Assembly: GCA_937974195.1 (NCBI GenBank)
Contig: CALJIC010000280.1
Location: 70,112-134,111 of the forward strand
Origin: an uncultured Roseiflexaceae bacterium
GTDB lineage: Bacteria > Chloroflexota > Chloroflexia > Chloroflexales > Roseiflexaceae
Reading direction: 5' to 3'
Length of the DNA stretch: 64,000 bases
The notes under the pieces were generated by a model. That model did no database searches and had not been told where the DNA came from. It worked only from the letters and a program-made list of their open reading frames with translations. A program made the translations under genes and the position numbers. Below are positions 32,701-41,399 of the stretch, piece after piece (the first letter of the stretch is position 1; each line of letters opens with the position of its first letter).

Positions 32701-34017
32701 GATCGGGTCGTTCCCGGTCACGTCGGCGAAGCGGTCGCGGAAGCCGAGGATCATCGTGTTCTGCTCGTCGAAGACGATGTCGGTGAGCATGGGCTGGGGG
32801 CAGATGTAGAAGCCCGACGCGGCGTAGTTGAAGCCGCAGCGGTCGTTGTTGCTCCACGGCTGCCACACCAGGTTGCGCGTGGTGCCGTAGGTGCGCTGGG
32901 CGTCGAAGTCGGGCAGGTGCATGCCGATCACCTGCTCCCAGGGCCCGGCGGCGCTGCCGTTGCTGATGCGGATGCGGTCCACCCGCGCCCCCAGGTGCGC
33001 CCGGTTCTGCGTCGTCTCGGCGCTGCACACGCCGCCCAGGTACAGGTAGTCCCGCGTGACGGCCAGGCCGAACGGGCGGTAGTTCGCCACGCCGCCGCGG
33101 GTGCTGCACGGCGCCTGCGCGCTCACGATGCTCGGCAGCGCCGCAAGCGTGCTCTGCGGGTTGGCCGCCCAGGTGTCGACGCGGTACACGAGCTTGTTGT
33201 TGAGGTTGACGACGTACAGGTAGCGCTCGTCCGGGTCGATCTCCAGGTCGCCGAGGCTCGTCCGCCCCACCTGGGACACCGCGACCGCATCCTCGTAGAG
33301 TTGGTGCACCCCGCCCATCCAGATCGTCACATTCGCCGCCGTGCCGCCGTTCGGGAAGGTCGCGCCGCGGGCGCCGTTCGCATCCGGACCGCCGAAGTCG
33401 AACGGCGCGCCGTCCGGCCCTGGCACGACATCCGGCACGAAGACGTAGGGCTGGATCGTCGGCGGCGTGGTGCTGTTGCGCACGTAGATCGCCCCCGGCC
33501 CCCAGTCGCCGAAGCGCGTGACGCGCTTGGTGTAGGCCGAGGCGTACACGCGGCGGATGCGGCCGCCGTTCTGTGCGGCCGGGTTGTCGCCGCTGCTGAA
33601 CGCCAGCCCGTAGACGGCCCCGACGTCGCCGACGGTGGCGATCGGGTCGCCCTTGTACTCGTTCGGCCCGTCCGTGCCGTCGCTCTGCTTAGTGTCGCCA
33701 AAGGCGACCAGCGCCGTCTCGGTGGGCGGCGTGTTGCCCATGCCCGTCCCCCGGTTCGCCGGGTCGTCGTAGTCGCGGAACTCCCACAGCGACGCGAAGC
33801 AGGTGGAGACGAAGCGCGGCGACTGGCCGGCCGGCAAGCCGCGGTCTGCGGCGGCGCGGATGCACTCGACCACGCTCGCCGCCGGCCGGCTGCCCGGCGC
33901 TCCGTTGATGATCTGGGCCTCGGCGACCGGCGGCCGTGAGCCGGGGAGCGCGCCGAAGAGCATGGGCAGCACGCCGAGCGCTGCAATCAAACGCCAGAAG
34001 ACGAACGATCGACGCAT
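29725..34017 (-). CDS. Giant secreted surface protein/adhesin (SdrD-B/CnaB-type and DUF11-type repeat domains)
   Basis: 1430 aa. Signal peptide MRRSFVFWRLIAALGVLPMLFGALPGS. Two DRVWxDxxxNGxQDxGExGxxGVxxQL modules (SdrD B-like). Multiple repeats of LTxTNxS... (DUF11-like). Thr/Ser-rich stretches. Confidence 0.65.
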   Translation of the reverse strand: MRRSFVFWRLIAALGVLPMLFGALPGSRPPVAEAQIINGAPGSRPAASVVECIRAAADRGLPAGQSPRFVSTCFASLWEFRDYDDPANRGTGMGNTPPTETALVAFGDTKQSDGTDGPNEYKGDPIATVGDVGAVYGLAFSSGDNPAAQNGGRIRRVYASAYTKRVTRFGDWGPGAIYVRNSTTPPTIQPYVFVPDVVPGPDGAPFDFGGPDANGARGATFPNGGTAANVTIWMGGVHQLYEDAVAVSQVGRTSLGDLEIDPDERYLYVVNLNNKLVYRVDTWAANPQSTLAALPSIVSAQAPCSTRGGVANYRPFGLAVTRDYLYLGGVCSAETTQNRAHLGARVDRIRISNGSAAGPWEQVIGMHLPDFDAQRTYGTTRNLVWQPWSNNDRCGFNYAASGFYICPQPMLTDIVFDEQNTMILGFRDRFADVTGNDPIARSIPAGDIVRAVWNGSGWSNPTSVASAEFFNDYRTMFVESDKAEVASGALAYVPGDQNGGYGGQVLTTWLDPYNGTSFGVAWFNARSGGSPTALQVLYAGGTELRYFGKAAGLGDLELLCNWSAVGDRVWNDANANGIQDAGEGGVSGVRLQLFAASDTNFTTPLATVTTGDLDGDGQGGEYRFYVQPWKSYVVRLDPAQFQAGGKFQNYYVSPRDRGSDDGRDSDADQILRTIAIAPQSNEQQTVTYDIGLYAGQRTGQIGDRVWQDTDGDGLQDAGEPGIGGVTVQLWACSDPARLRCGSGDPYTFLSTHTTNTAGEYLFIQLPPNYYRIVFPSLPPGYTLAPANRGVDDALDSDVAAGTNFIPPRPVYSQTVDRSNDLGLVPAVGDITVVLDGDPQVLLGQAATYTARVSGGTAPAQNVTLSVTLPAAAQTVNAPGASRSGNTLTWSLGTLPAGANQSYSFTIVYGALGQQRPVASVASNPADTNPTNNSDDATTLVVSPNIAITQSAPASAAPGETFTYRLTITNRSTQPGGTVPASALAPAQNVRVVDTLPAGVDYLGFSASAASLTGNSVDGSGRRVLTWSLGTLPASGSQTIDVQVRVRTTEPLPVSLTNTATVSSTPTTSADATGDNTTTATTSVRYPDLAVDISAPATRGEGSTLIYTVSAGNHGTEQALDAQLSVRLPDGVTLQPGDVSLGGYTLSDGGRTLNWNLGTLPPGANVPAISIPTIVDSGAAQLSPLVAQATIGSATPELDLSDNADSATTNIVPPPPPPQLSDSLGMQLAIHSELDPRSQDTSETNAVYRSTGSTITWPSDEVLDFTPRATITLPELSAEEALFYSVRARITGWSIVSYEVDGKTYAADGVGEQDRDALGRSGCRQGSTTQPGLDGCAYPYIGGRSAGDETEPTEAQMAGQAHVYWSATRPLSMRPDVYTFRVRGLSTMHLTVQVLVEVEVVSRETGLVLGVETQRREQAYTVRLVAPRSAK

Positions 34018-34074
34018 CTGTCTTACCTCGTGGCTACTGTCCCGAACGTCAAGGGTGGGCCGGCTGCGCTTCGC

Positions 34075-35403
34075 TCAGTGCTCTTCGGCCAGCGCGGCGA
34101 GGACTATCTCGGCCACCTGCCGGCCCTGCACGAGGCCGGCCTCGGTGTCGAGCGGCCAGTGGATCCCGCCCAGCACCCGCGACTGCGACGCCTCGTGCGC
34201 CAGCTGGTCCAGCTCGTCGGCGTGGTGCGGGAAGTAGAACGCGAGCACTGTGGCGGCCGCGGCGCTGATCGACGAGTGCCCGGAGGGGTAGGACGGGTGG
34301 TTCGGCGTGTCGACCAGCGGCGGGAGCCAGTGGGCGTCCACGGTCTCCCGCATCCACTGGATGGGCCGCGCGACCCGGTAGACGTACTTTGACTCCCAGC
34401 AGGCGATGACGCTGTCGTGGATGGCCGCGCCGAGCACCGCGAACAGGCGCGCGCTGGCGCGCAGCCCCATCTGCTCGCGCAGCACCAGGTCGCGGGCGAT
34501 CAGGTGCCAGGCGCCCACCGGCGTCTCCGTGCCCTGGCGGTGGTCCCACTTCCAGGCGATGGCGCGCTCGGCCTCGGTGAGCTGCTGCTGCGTCGCGTGG
34601 AACGACTCGCGCACCCGCTCGAACTCGGCGCTGTCCCACGCGGGCGGCGGCGGGACGCGGGCGGCGGCCCCCGACGGGAGGACGATCGGCCTGATCTCCC
34701 CCCAGTGCGGGTCGGAGCCCGGCTGGAGCATGCGCGGCGTCGGGACCCAGACGCCCGGTTCCGCGGGGATCGGCACGCCGTGCGCGTCGCGCGGGTTCAT
34801 CTCGGCGCGCGGCGCCTGCGCCGCTCCGTCGCTCGCGGCGTACTTCAGCACGGCTGCGGCCGCCGCCCGCCCGATCGCCTGGCCGCGGGCGACGCCGGCG
34901 GGCGTGTCGTGGCCCTGCCAGTACCCCGCCCACGCGGCCTCCTCCGCGTCGCGCTGCAGCATCGACTCCGAGAGCAGCGTCGGCTGCAGCGCGGCGAGGA
35001 TGCCCGAGGCTGCGCCCGCCAGCGCCGCGTGGTCCGAGACCTCGGCCCCGGAGCTGCGCGCGTGCTCCGCCGCCGCGAGCGCCAGGTCCATGCCGAGCCC
35101 CACGAGCGCGAGCAGGCGCGCCGCCCGCGTCGGAGCCAGCGCCCCCAGCTCGACGGCTCCGACTCCTGTGGTGACCCAGCCGGCCACCGGGTGCGCCCAG
35201 CGTGGGTCGGCCTCCGCCGTGGCCGGCGGCGCAGCGGAGGCCTCCGCCGGCTGCGCGCCGGCGATCTGCGCCGGGTCGGCGATGATGGAGGGCGCCGGCG
35301 CAGCGGGGCGCTCCGCGCGCTGGATACAGCCGGGCAGCAGGAGCGCAGCGCAGATCAGCCAGCAGATCGCGGCCGATCGCGATTGTCGGGAAATGCTGTG
35401 CAT
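34075..35403 (-). CDS. PAP2-superfamily lipoprotein (acid phosphatase / vanadium-haloperoxidase-like)
   Basis: Lipobox LLPGC after a signal peptide. PAP2 motifs are KYVYRVARP (KX6RP), PSYPSGHSS (PSGH) and SRVLGGIHWPLD (SRX5HX3D). Confidence 0.65.
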   Translation of the reverse strand: MHSISRQSRSAAICWLICAALLLPGCIQRAERPAAPAPSIIADPAQIAGAQPAEASAAPPATAEADPRWAHPVAGWVTTGVGAVELGALAPTRAARLLALVGLGMDLALAAAEHARSSGAEVSDHAALAGAASGILAALQPTLLSESMLQRDAEEAAWAGYWQGHDTPAGVARGQAIGRAAAAAVLKYAASDGAAQAPRAEMNPRDAHGVPIPAEPGVWVPTPRMLQPGSDPHWGEIRPIVLPSGAAARVPPPPAWDSAEFERVRESFHATQQQLTEAERAIAWKWDHRQGTETPVGAWHLIARDLVLREQMGLRASARLFAVLGAAIHDSVIACWESKYVYRVARPIQWMRETVDAHWLPPLVDTPNHPSYPSGHSSISAAAATVLAFYFPHHADELDQLAHEASQSRVLGGIHWPLDTEAGLVQGRQVAEIVLAALAEEH

Positions 35404-35520
35404 ACGTAGCTCCGCACGACGAACGGGAGCCGGGTGGGCGGCGCGTTCAGGCGCGCAGCGCAGAGATCCGGCCGCAGATCGTGGGTACCCGTCTGCTGGG
35501 TGTTCAGTTCGAAGTTTGGG

Positions 35521-35751
35521 TCAGGAGTCAGCGTTCAGGAGATGCTGCAGGATGCGGATGATCTGCAGCAGGTGGCGGGTCGGGAAGCGACGGTAGGCGG
35601 CGTTGCTGTGCGCCAGGAGGCGCTCGAGGATGCAGCGGGGTACGCGGACGTAGTCCTGCTGCTGCGGGGCCGGTGCTGCCGACGCGTACGGGGCATCGGG
35701 CGCGGGGTGGACTGCCAGCGGCTGGTAGCTGGCGCCTGTCGTTCCGTTCAT
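35521..35751 (-). CDS. Small hypothetical protein (76 aa)
   Basis: The internal Met of track ORF 35521..36033 (residue 95) has a GGAGG RBS 8 nt upstream. No recognisable domain. Confidence 0.3.
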   Translation of the reverse strand: MNGTTGASYQPLAVHPAPDAPYASAAPAPQQQDYVRVPRCILERLLAHSNAAYRRFPTRHLLQIIRILQHLLNADS

Positions 35752-36134
35752 GGGAACAACCTCCTCTGCTATGCGCTCAGTCGGAGAGCGCCGCGCACCA
35801 CGTGGTGCGGGCAACGTCGCTCGGGTCGTGGAGCCGTGTTGCTGGTGCGCAGATCGTAGGGTGTCTGCCGAGGAGAGCAATCGGCTAGCTCTATTGGCCG
35901 TAGTATATTGTCGGCCGCCCAGCTCGCCAATCGGTCCATATTCCCGTTCCTGCCGGACTGTGCTGCCCAGACAGAAGTAGGACCAAATGCAGCTCAGCCC
36001 GCCGAATCTCTCCCGGCTGTCCGTGCGGTACAATCGGAATCGTCGCTGTGGTCCGCGGGACGCGTTGACATCGACCGCACACCTCCGCTATACTCCCGCG
36101 CGTCTTGCTCCGGAGATCAGCTGCCTGTAAGCCT

Positions 36135-37919
36135 GTGAGACGAACGCTCGCCGCCACGCTGCTGGCCGCCCTGCTGCTCGGCGCCTGCCAGCCCGCCGCG
36201 CCGGACCAGCCGGAGGTGCAGGCGCCCACCGCGGATATCCGGGCACCTGCCCAGCCGACGGCCAGCCCCGTCACGCCGCGCCCGGGGACGGCGGCGCCCG
36301 CGCCGACTGCGACGGCGGCGCCTGCGCCCGGCACGCCGACGCCCACGCCCGCGGCGTTCTTCGACGACCTCCGGCTGAGCTACGAGCCCGGCTTCTACGC
36401 GCTCGAGATCCAGGCCTACCTGGACGAGCAGCCGGGCCGCCTCAAGACAGTGACCTTCGCCGTTGGCGACCGGCGCCACTCGTTCGCCGAGGCGCTGGCG
36501 AGCCAGACGGCCTACTACAGCGTCAACCCGAAGATCGTGCTGGCGCTGCTCGAGCTGCACGGCGACCTGCTGAGCGACCCGGACCCGAGCGCGGACCAGC
36601 TCGGGTGGGCCGCCGGCTACCGCGGCGAGAACGGCAACCGCCGCGGCCTCCAGGCCCAGGTGCGCTGGGCCGTCAAGCAGATCCTCTACGCCCGCCGCGA
36701 CTACCCGGCCTACGCCCCGCTGACCTACGCCGACCAGACCGAGTCGCCGCCGCCGCCCGGCATGACGCTGGCCGAGTACGCCCTGGCGCGGGTCCTCGCC
36801 CCGACCACCACCCCCGGCAGGCTGCCCCGCCTGATGCAGGCGTTCCTGGAGACCTACACGCGCCTGTTCGGCGACCCGCGCCTGCCGCCGCAGGACTGGC
36901 CCGCCCCAGCGGAGCCGTTCCTGTACCGGCCGACCGAGAAAGTCGTCCCGGTCACGTCGTTCTTCGACCACGGCGGCCCCTTCCTCACCCGCAGCGCCGC
37001 GAACGGGATCACCACCTACTGGGGCCGCACCGAGACCGACCGGGCCTTCGCCTACAACGGCCACGATGGCTGGGACTACGCCGCCGCGCCGCCGGACCGG
37101 GCGCTGGCCGCGGCGGACGGCGCGGTGGTCTTCGCCGGCAACGCCGACGACGGCTGTAACACCCGCGCCGTGGTGCTGGACCACGGCAACGGCTACCGCA
37201 CCCTCTACTGGCACCTGCACCGGGTCGATGTCGCGATCGGCGAGCGGGTGGAGCGCGGCCAGCCGATCGGCATGATCGGCAACACCGGCTGCTCGACCGG
37301 CCCGCACCTCCACTTCGGCGTCCAGTACCTCGGCCGCAACACCGACCCCTACGGCTGGTGCGGGCCGGCCGAGGACCCGTGGCGCGCGCACCCGGCTGGA
37401 ACGTCGAGCCGCTGGCTGTGGGCCGACCGCCCCTCGCCGTGCGAGCCGGCGCCGCCCGGGGCCGTGGTGGTGGACGCCGGATCGCCCGGGTTCATCAAAG
37501 ACGGCGAGGGGTGGCAGGAGGTGCCGTCCGGCTACGGCGGGGCAGCGCTCTTCATCCCTTCGATCCCAGGGGCGGACAGCCGCGGCGCCTGGGAGCTGCG
37601 GCCGCTCGCGCCGCCCGCCGTGGTGGTCTGGCGGCCGGAGCTGCCGGCGGCCGGGCGCTACCGGGTGATCGCATACCTGCCCTACGCGCTGAGCGGCCTC
37701 GAGGACCCGCGCCACCTGCGCTATCAGGTGCGCCACAGCGGCGGCGTGGCGGAGGTGGAGGTGGACGCGCAGCTCCACGCCAACGAGTGGGCCGACCTCG
37801 GCACGTACGACTTCTCCCCCGGCCAGGCGGCGGTCGTGCTCAGCAACGCCGCCGAGGGCGCGCGCCTCAGCGTCTGGGCCGACGCGATCATCTGGCTGCC
37901 CGCCCAGGGCGGCGGGTAG
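36135..37919 (+). CDS. M23-family metallopeptidase lipoprotein with a large C-terminal extension
   Basis: GTG start giving MRRTLAATLLAALLLGACQ (lipoprotein signal). The track ORF starts with TTG at 36105. M23 motifs are HDGWDYAA, VLDHGNGYRTLYWHL and GCSTGPHLHFGV. Confidence 0.7.
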   Translation: MRRTLAATLLAALLLGACQPAAPDQPEVQAPTADIRAPAQPTASPVTPRPGTAAPAPTATAAPAPGTPTPTPAAFFDDLRLSYEPGFYALEIQAYLDEQPGRLKTVTFAVGDRRHSFAEALASQTAYYSVNPKIVLALLELHGDLLSDPDPSADQLGWAAGYRGENGNRRGLQAQVRWAVKQILYARRDYPAYAPLTYADQTESPPPPGMTLAEYALARVLAPTTTPGRLPRLMQAFLETYTRLFGDPRLPPQDWPAPAEPFLYRPTEKVVPVTSFFDHGGPFLTRSAANGITTYWGRTETDRAFAYNGHDGWDYAAAPPDRALAAADGAVVFAGNADDGCNTRAVVLDHGNGYRTLYWHLHRVDVAIGERVERGQPIGMIGNTGCSTGPHLHFGVQYLGRNTDPYGWCGPAEDPWRAHPAGTSSRWLWADRPSPCEPAPPGAVVVDAGSPGFIKDGEGWQEVPSGYGGAALFIPSIPGADSRGAWELRPLAPPAVVVWRPELPAAGRYRVIAYLPYALSGLEDPRHLRYQVRHSGGVAEVEVDAQLHANEWADLGTYDFSPGQAAVVLSNAAEGARLSVWADAIIWLPAQGGG

Positions 37920-37956
37920 CGCAGCCCAATGGCCGGTAAGGGTAATGCAAACCTGC

Positions 37957-37962
37957 TATAAT
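37957..37962 (+). promoter_or_regulatory. Candidate -10 element (TATAAT) for the GAF histidine kinase gene
   Basis: ctgcTATAATaccc lies about 45 nt upstream of ATG 38007. A GGAG RBS follows at the expected spacing. Coordinates approximate. Confidence 0.3.
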
Positions 37963-38006
37963 ACCCTCCCAACGCTATCGGCTCTACGCGGGTGGAGAAG
38001 TAACCC

Positions 38007-39983
38007 ATGTTCCGAGCTCAGTCCTCCATCCTCCCCATGCTGGTCGAAGAGCTGCGGGCCTCTATGCCCACGGTCGCCGACGTGCTGGACCAGCTCGCCG
38101 CCGATGAGTCGCTCGAGCACCGCCGCCAGTGGCTGCGGCGGCTCGGCAACCACTGGTACCACCAGGCCGGCGAGCCAGAGGTGCTGGCCGAGCTCGGGCT
38201 CGCCCTCGCAGACCAGTTCAACATCGAGCCGGGCGTCGCGCTCTCGGAGCTGCTGCTCGCCTACGGCTCGGCGCGCGAGGAGCAGCGCACCCGCGAGTGG
38301 GAGAACCACCTCGTGCGGCGCATGGCCGAGCTCAAGGGCCTCCACCGCATCATCTCGGCCGCCAACTCCACGCTGGACCTGGACACCTCGATGCAGCTGG
38401 TGGTCGAGACCGTGGCGGAGGTGATCGGCGTCGAGGCCTGCTCGGTCTACCTGTACGACAAGCACAGCGATGACCTGACGCTGCGCGCCACGCGCGGCCT
38501 CAACGCCGCGGCGATCGGCCAGGTGCGCGTCGCCATGGGCGAGGGCATCACCGGCTGGGCCGCGCGCGAGGGCCGCCCGGTCGCCATCCGCGACGTCCGG
38601 CGCGACGCGCGCTTCCACGTCGAGCCGGCGCTCGGCGAGGAGCAGTTCCGCGCCATACTGGCGGTGCCGATCGTGCTCTTCAGCGCCGAGCGCTTCCACC
38701 TCGGCGCCGCGAAGCTCCAGGGCGTGATCACCATCCAGACCACCGGCCCGCGCGACTTCACGCCCGAGGAGATCAACTTCGTCGAGACCGTCGCCGGCGA
38801 GCTGGCGTTCTTCGTGGTTAACGCCCAGCTCTACCAGCAGACCGACGAGCAGCTGCACCAGAAGGTCCGCGAGCTGACGACGCTGCAGCAGGTGTCCAAG
38901 CGCATCGCCGAGCAGCTCAAGTCCGAGGAGGTGCTGAAGCTGATCGTCTCCAAGTCGGTCGAGCTGGCCCACGCCGACCGGGCCGATATCTTCCGCTGCG
39001 ACGAGGACGGCCGGCTGGAGCTGGCTGCCACCCACGGCGGCAACCCGCAGGGCGTCGTGCCGGACTTCATCGCGCAGGCGGTGCGCGAGGCCCGCCCGCT
39101 GGCGGTGCTCAACGCCTACAACGACTCGCGCTACCCCGAGCTGGCGCGCGTCGCCGCCCAGGAGGGCTTCCAGTCGCTGTTCTGCATGCCGCTGCGCGTC
39201 CAGAACAGCCGCACGATCGGCGCGATCTGCCTCTACACCCGCGAGTCGCGCCACTTCGACTACGAGCAGGTGCGGCTGCTCTCCACCTTCGCCGATGAGG
39301 CGGCGATCGCGATCGAGAACGCCCGGCTCTACGAGGAGAGCCAGCGCGCGCTGGCGGTCAAGTCCGCCATGCTCCAGGAGATGCACCACCGCGTGCGCAA
39401 CAACCTCCAGACGATCTCCGCGCTGCTGACGATGCAGCAGCGCCGCCTGGAGCCCGCCAGCCGCGGCGCCATCGCCCTGCGCGACAGCGTGGCGCGCATC
39501 CAGGCCATCGCCGGGGTCCACAACCTGCTCTGCCGCGAGGACATCGGCGTCACCACCGTCGACGCCGTCGCGCGGCAGATCGTCGAGAGCGCGCAGGTCA
39601 GCCTCGTCACCCCCGACCGGCCGATCAGCTTCGACATCCGCGGCGACGCGGCGCGCGTGGGGAGCCGCGAGGCCACGGTGCTGGCGATCATCCTCAACGA
39701 GCTGGTGGTCAACGCCATGTCGCACGGCCTGGCGGTGGCCGGCGGGCAGGTGGTGATCGAGACCACGCAGGAGGGCGAGGACATCACCGTCGAGGTGCGC
39801 GACGACGGCCCGACGCACGTGCCCGACGAGCCGGCCTCCAACAGCTCCGGCAGCGGTCTCGGGCTGCAGATCATCCGCACGCTGGTCACCGAGGACCTGC
39901 AGGGGGAGTTCGATCTCTCCCAGTGCGACGGCTGGACCGTGGCGCGCCTGCGCTTCCCGCAGCGCGAGACCGACCTCGTGTGA
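38007..39983 (+). CDS. GAF-domain sensor histidine kinase (two GAF domains, HisKA_2-type H-box, HATPase_c)
   Basis: 658 aa. Contains GAF-like segments. The H-box is MLQEMHHRVRNNLQTISALL (HisKA_2/HWE-like). The ATPase motif is SGSGLGLQII. Confidence 0.8.
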   Translation: MFRAQSSILPMLVEELRASMPTVADVLDQLAADESLEHRRQWLRRLGNHWYHQAGEPEVLAELGLALADQFNIEPGVALSELLLAYGSAREEQRTREWENHLVRRMAELKGLHRIISAANSTLDLDTSMQLVVETVAEVIGVEACSVYLYDKHSDDLTLRATRGLNAAAIGQVRVAMGEGITGWAAREGRPVAIRDVRRDARFHVEPALGEEQFRAILAVPIVLFSAERFHLGAAKLQGVITIQTTGPRDFTPEEINFVETVAGELAFFVVNAQLYQQTDEQLHQKVRELTTLQQVSKRIAEQLKSEEVLKLIVSKSVELAHADRADIFRCDEDGRLELAATHGGNPQGVVPDFIAQAVREARPLAVLNAYNDSRYPELARVAAQEGFQSLFCMPLRVQNSRTIGAICLYTRESRHFDYEQVRLLSTFADEAAIAIENARLYEESQRALAVKSAMLQEMHHRVRNNLQTISALLTMQQRRLEPASRGAIALRDSVARIQAIAGVHNLLCREDIGVTTVDAVARQIVESAQVSLVTPDRPISFDIRGDAARVGSREATVLAIILNELVVNAMSHGLAVAGGQVVIETTQEGEDITVEVRDDGPTHVPDEPASNSSGSGLGLQIIRTLVTEDLQGEFDLSQCDGWTVARLRFPQRETDLV

Positions 39984-40231
39984 GCGCCTGCTTTCGCTAT
40001 GCGAAAACAGCGCCGCCGGCATCCGGAGCGCGTTCCCGGAGCCAAGCTCTGCCCGTTCAGCGGGTCGAGGCGGGAGCCTGGCGCTGCGGCCCGCCCGCCC
40101 TTCGCCGCCCGACCCGCAGCCGAGGGACCTGCCGCCACCCGATCCCCTTCGCCGCCCGGGGCGCCGCCGCTGGCGCCGGTGCGGCAGCGGTGTGGCTCGC
40201 TTCCATCTGACTGAGCAGCGAGGACCTTCCG

Positions 40232-41329
40232 ATGACTGACCGAATCGCTCGTCTGCAGGAGGCCATGCGCGCGGCGGGCCTCGACGCCCTGGCGATCGCC
40301 TGCGGCGCGAACATGTTCTACCTCACCGGGCTGGACTTCCACACCAAGCTGCGCCTGACGCTGGCGCTGATCCCGGCGTCGGGCCAGCCGGCGCTGGTGC
40401 TGCCGCAGATGGAGGCCGGCCGCGCCACCGAGCTGGCCCGCGCCCCGCTGCGGCTCTACCCCTGGGGGGACGCCGAGGGGCCCGGGGAGGCGCTTCGGCA
40501 GGCCGCCGCCGACCTCGGCCTGGCCGGGAGGCGCGTCGGCGTCGAGCACACCGTGATGCGCGTGTTCGAGCTGCGCGCCCTGGAGGCCGCCGCGCCGGGG
40601 GTCGCGGTCGAGGACGCGACGCCGCTGCTGGCCGGCCTGCGCATGGCCAAGGACGCCGAGGAGCTGGCGGCGATGCGCCAGGCGGTGCGGGTGATCGAGG
40701 AGGCGCTGCGGGCCGCGCTGCAGCAGGCCGCGCCCGGCATGACCGAGCGCGAGCTGGCGGATCTCTGGGAGCGGGGCATCCGCGCCGCCGGCTGCCTGCC
40801 CTCGTTCGAGACCACCGTCGCCGCGGGCCCGAACGGCGCCAACCCGCACCACAGCAGTGGCGACCGGCGCCTGCAGCCGGGCGACCTGGTGGTGCTGGAC
40901 GGCGGCGCGGTGTACAACGGCTACGCCTCGGACATCACCCGGACGGTCGCCGTCGGCCAGATCTCCGACGAGGACCGGCGGATCTACGAGCTGGTGCTCG
41001 CCGCGAACGCGGCCGGGCGCGCGGCGGCGGCACGCCCGGGGGCCACCGGCGAGTCGATCGACGCCGCCGCGCGCCGCGTGATCGAGGAGGGCGGCTACGG
41101 CCCGCAGTTCATCCACCGCACCGGCCACGGCCTGGGGATCGACGTCCACGAGCCGCCGTTCATCGTCGCCGGCAGCCGCGACCCGCTCCCCGTCGGCGCG
41201 ACGTTCACCGTCGAGCCGGGCATCTACATCGCCGGGCGCCTCGGCGTGCGCATCGAGGACGACATGGTCATCACCCCCGATGGGGCCGAGAGCCTGACCA
41301 CATTCCCGCGGGAGCTCATTGTTATCTGA
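40232..41329 (+). CDS. M24-family Xaa-Pro aminopeptidase/dipeptidase
   Basis: Creatinase-like N-domain, then metal-binding motifs DGGAVYNGYASDITRT, HRTGHGLGIDVHE and VEPGIY...IEDD. Confidence 0.8.
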   Translation: MTDRIARLQEAMRAAGLDALAIACGANMFYLTGLDFHTKLRLTLALIPASGQPALVLPQMEAGRATELARAPLRLYPWGDAEGPGEALRQAAADLGLAGRRVGVEHTVMRVFELRALEAAAPGVAVEDATPLLAGLRMAKDAEELAAMRQAVRVIEEALRAALQQAAPGMTERELADLWERGIRAAGCLPSFETTVAAGPNGANPHHSSGDRRLQPGDLVVLDGGAVYNGYASDITRTVAVGQISDEDRRIYELVLAANAAGRAAAARPGATGESIDAAARRVIEEGGYGPQFIHRTGHGLGIDVHEPPFIVAGSRDPLPVGATFTVEPGIYIAGRLGVRIEDDMVITPDGAESLTTFPRELIVI

Positions 41330-41399
41330 GGACCTACACGGCGCTGCGGCGCCTGCCACAGGCGGTCTGGTGGGCCTAGGCCCGCGGGGCCGCTTTCCA

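Noticed and set aside
5538-34017. Considered annotating the whole array as an integrative conjugative element (mobile_element)
   Set aside because: No integrase, relaxase, replication or partition genes. No flanking tRNA or direct repeats seen. GC content and codon usage indistinguishable from flanking core genes. The two excisionase-like HTH genes alone are insufficient, so this is reported as a finding rather than a mobile-element feature.
37956-40022. 688-aa minus-strand ORF
   Set aside because: Exactly antisense to the GAF histidine kinase gene (38007..39983 +), which has clear GAF, H-box and HATPase motifs, an RBS and a promoter. The minus ORF is Arg/Ala/Gly-rich with no motifs. It is a typical high-GC antisense artefact.
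39329-41359. 676-aa minus-strand ORF
   Set aside because: Antisense to the histidine kinase 3' end and the M24 peptidase gene, both confidently called on plus. No recognisable domains.
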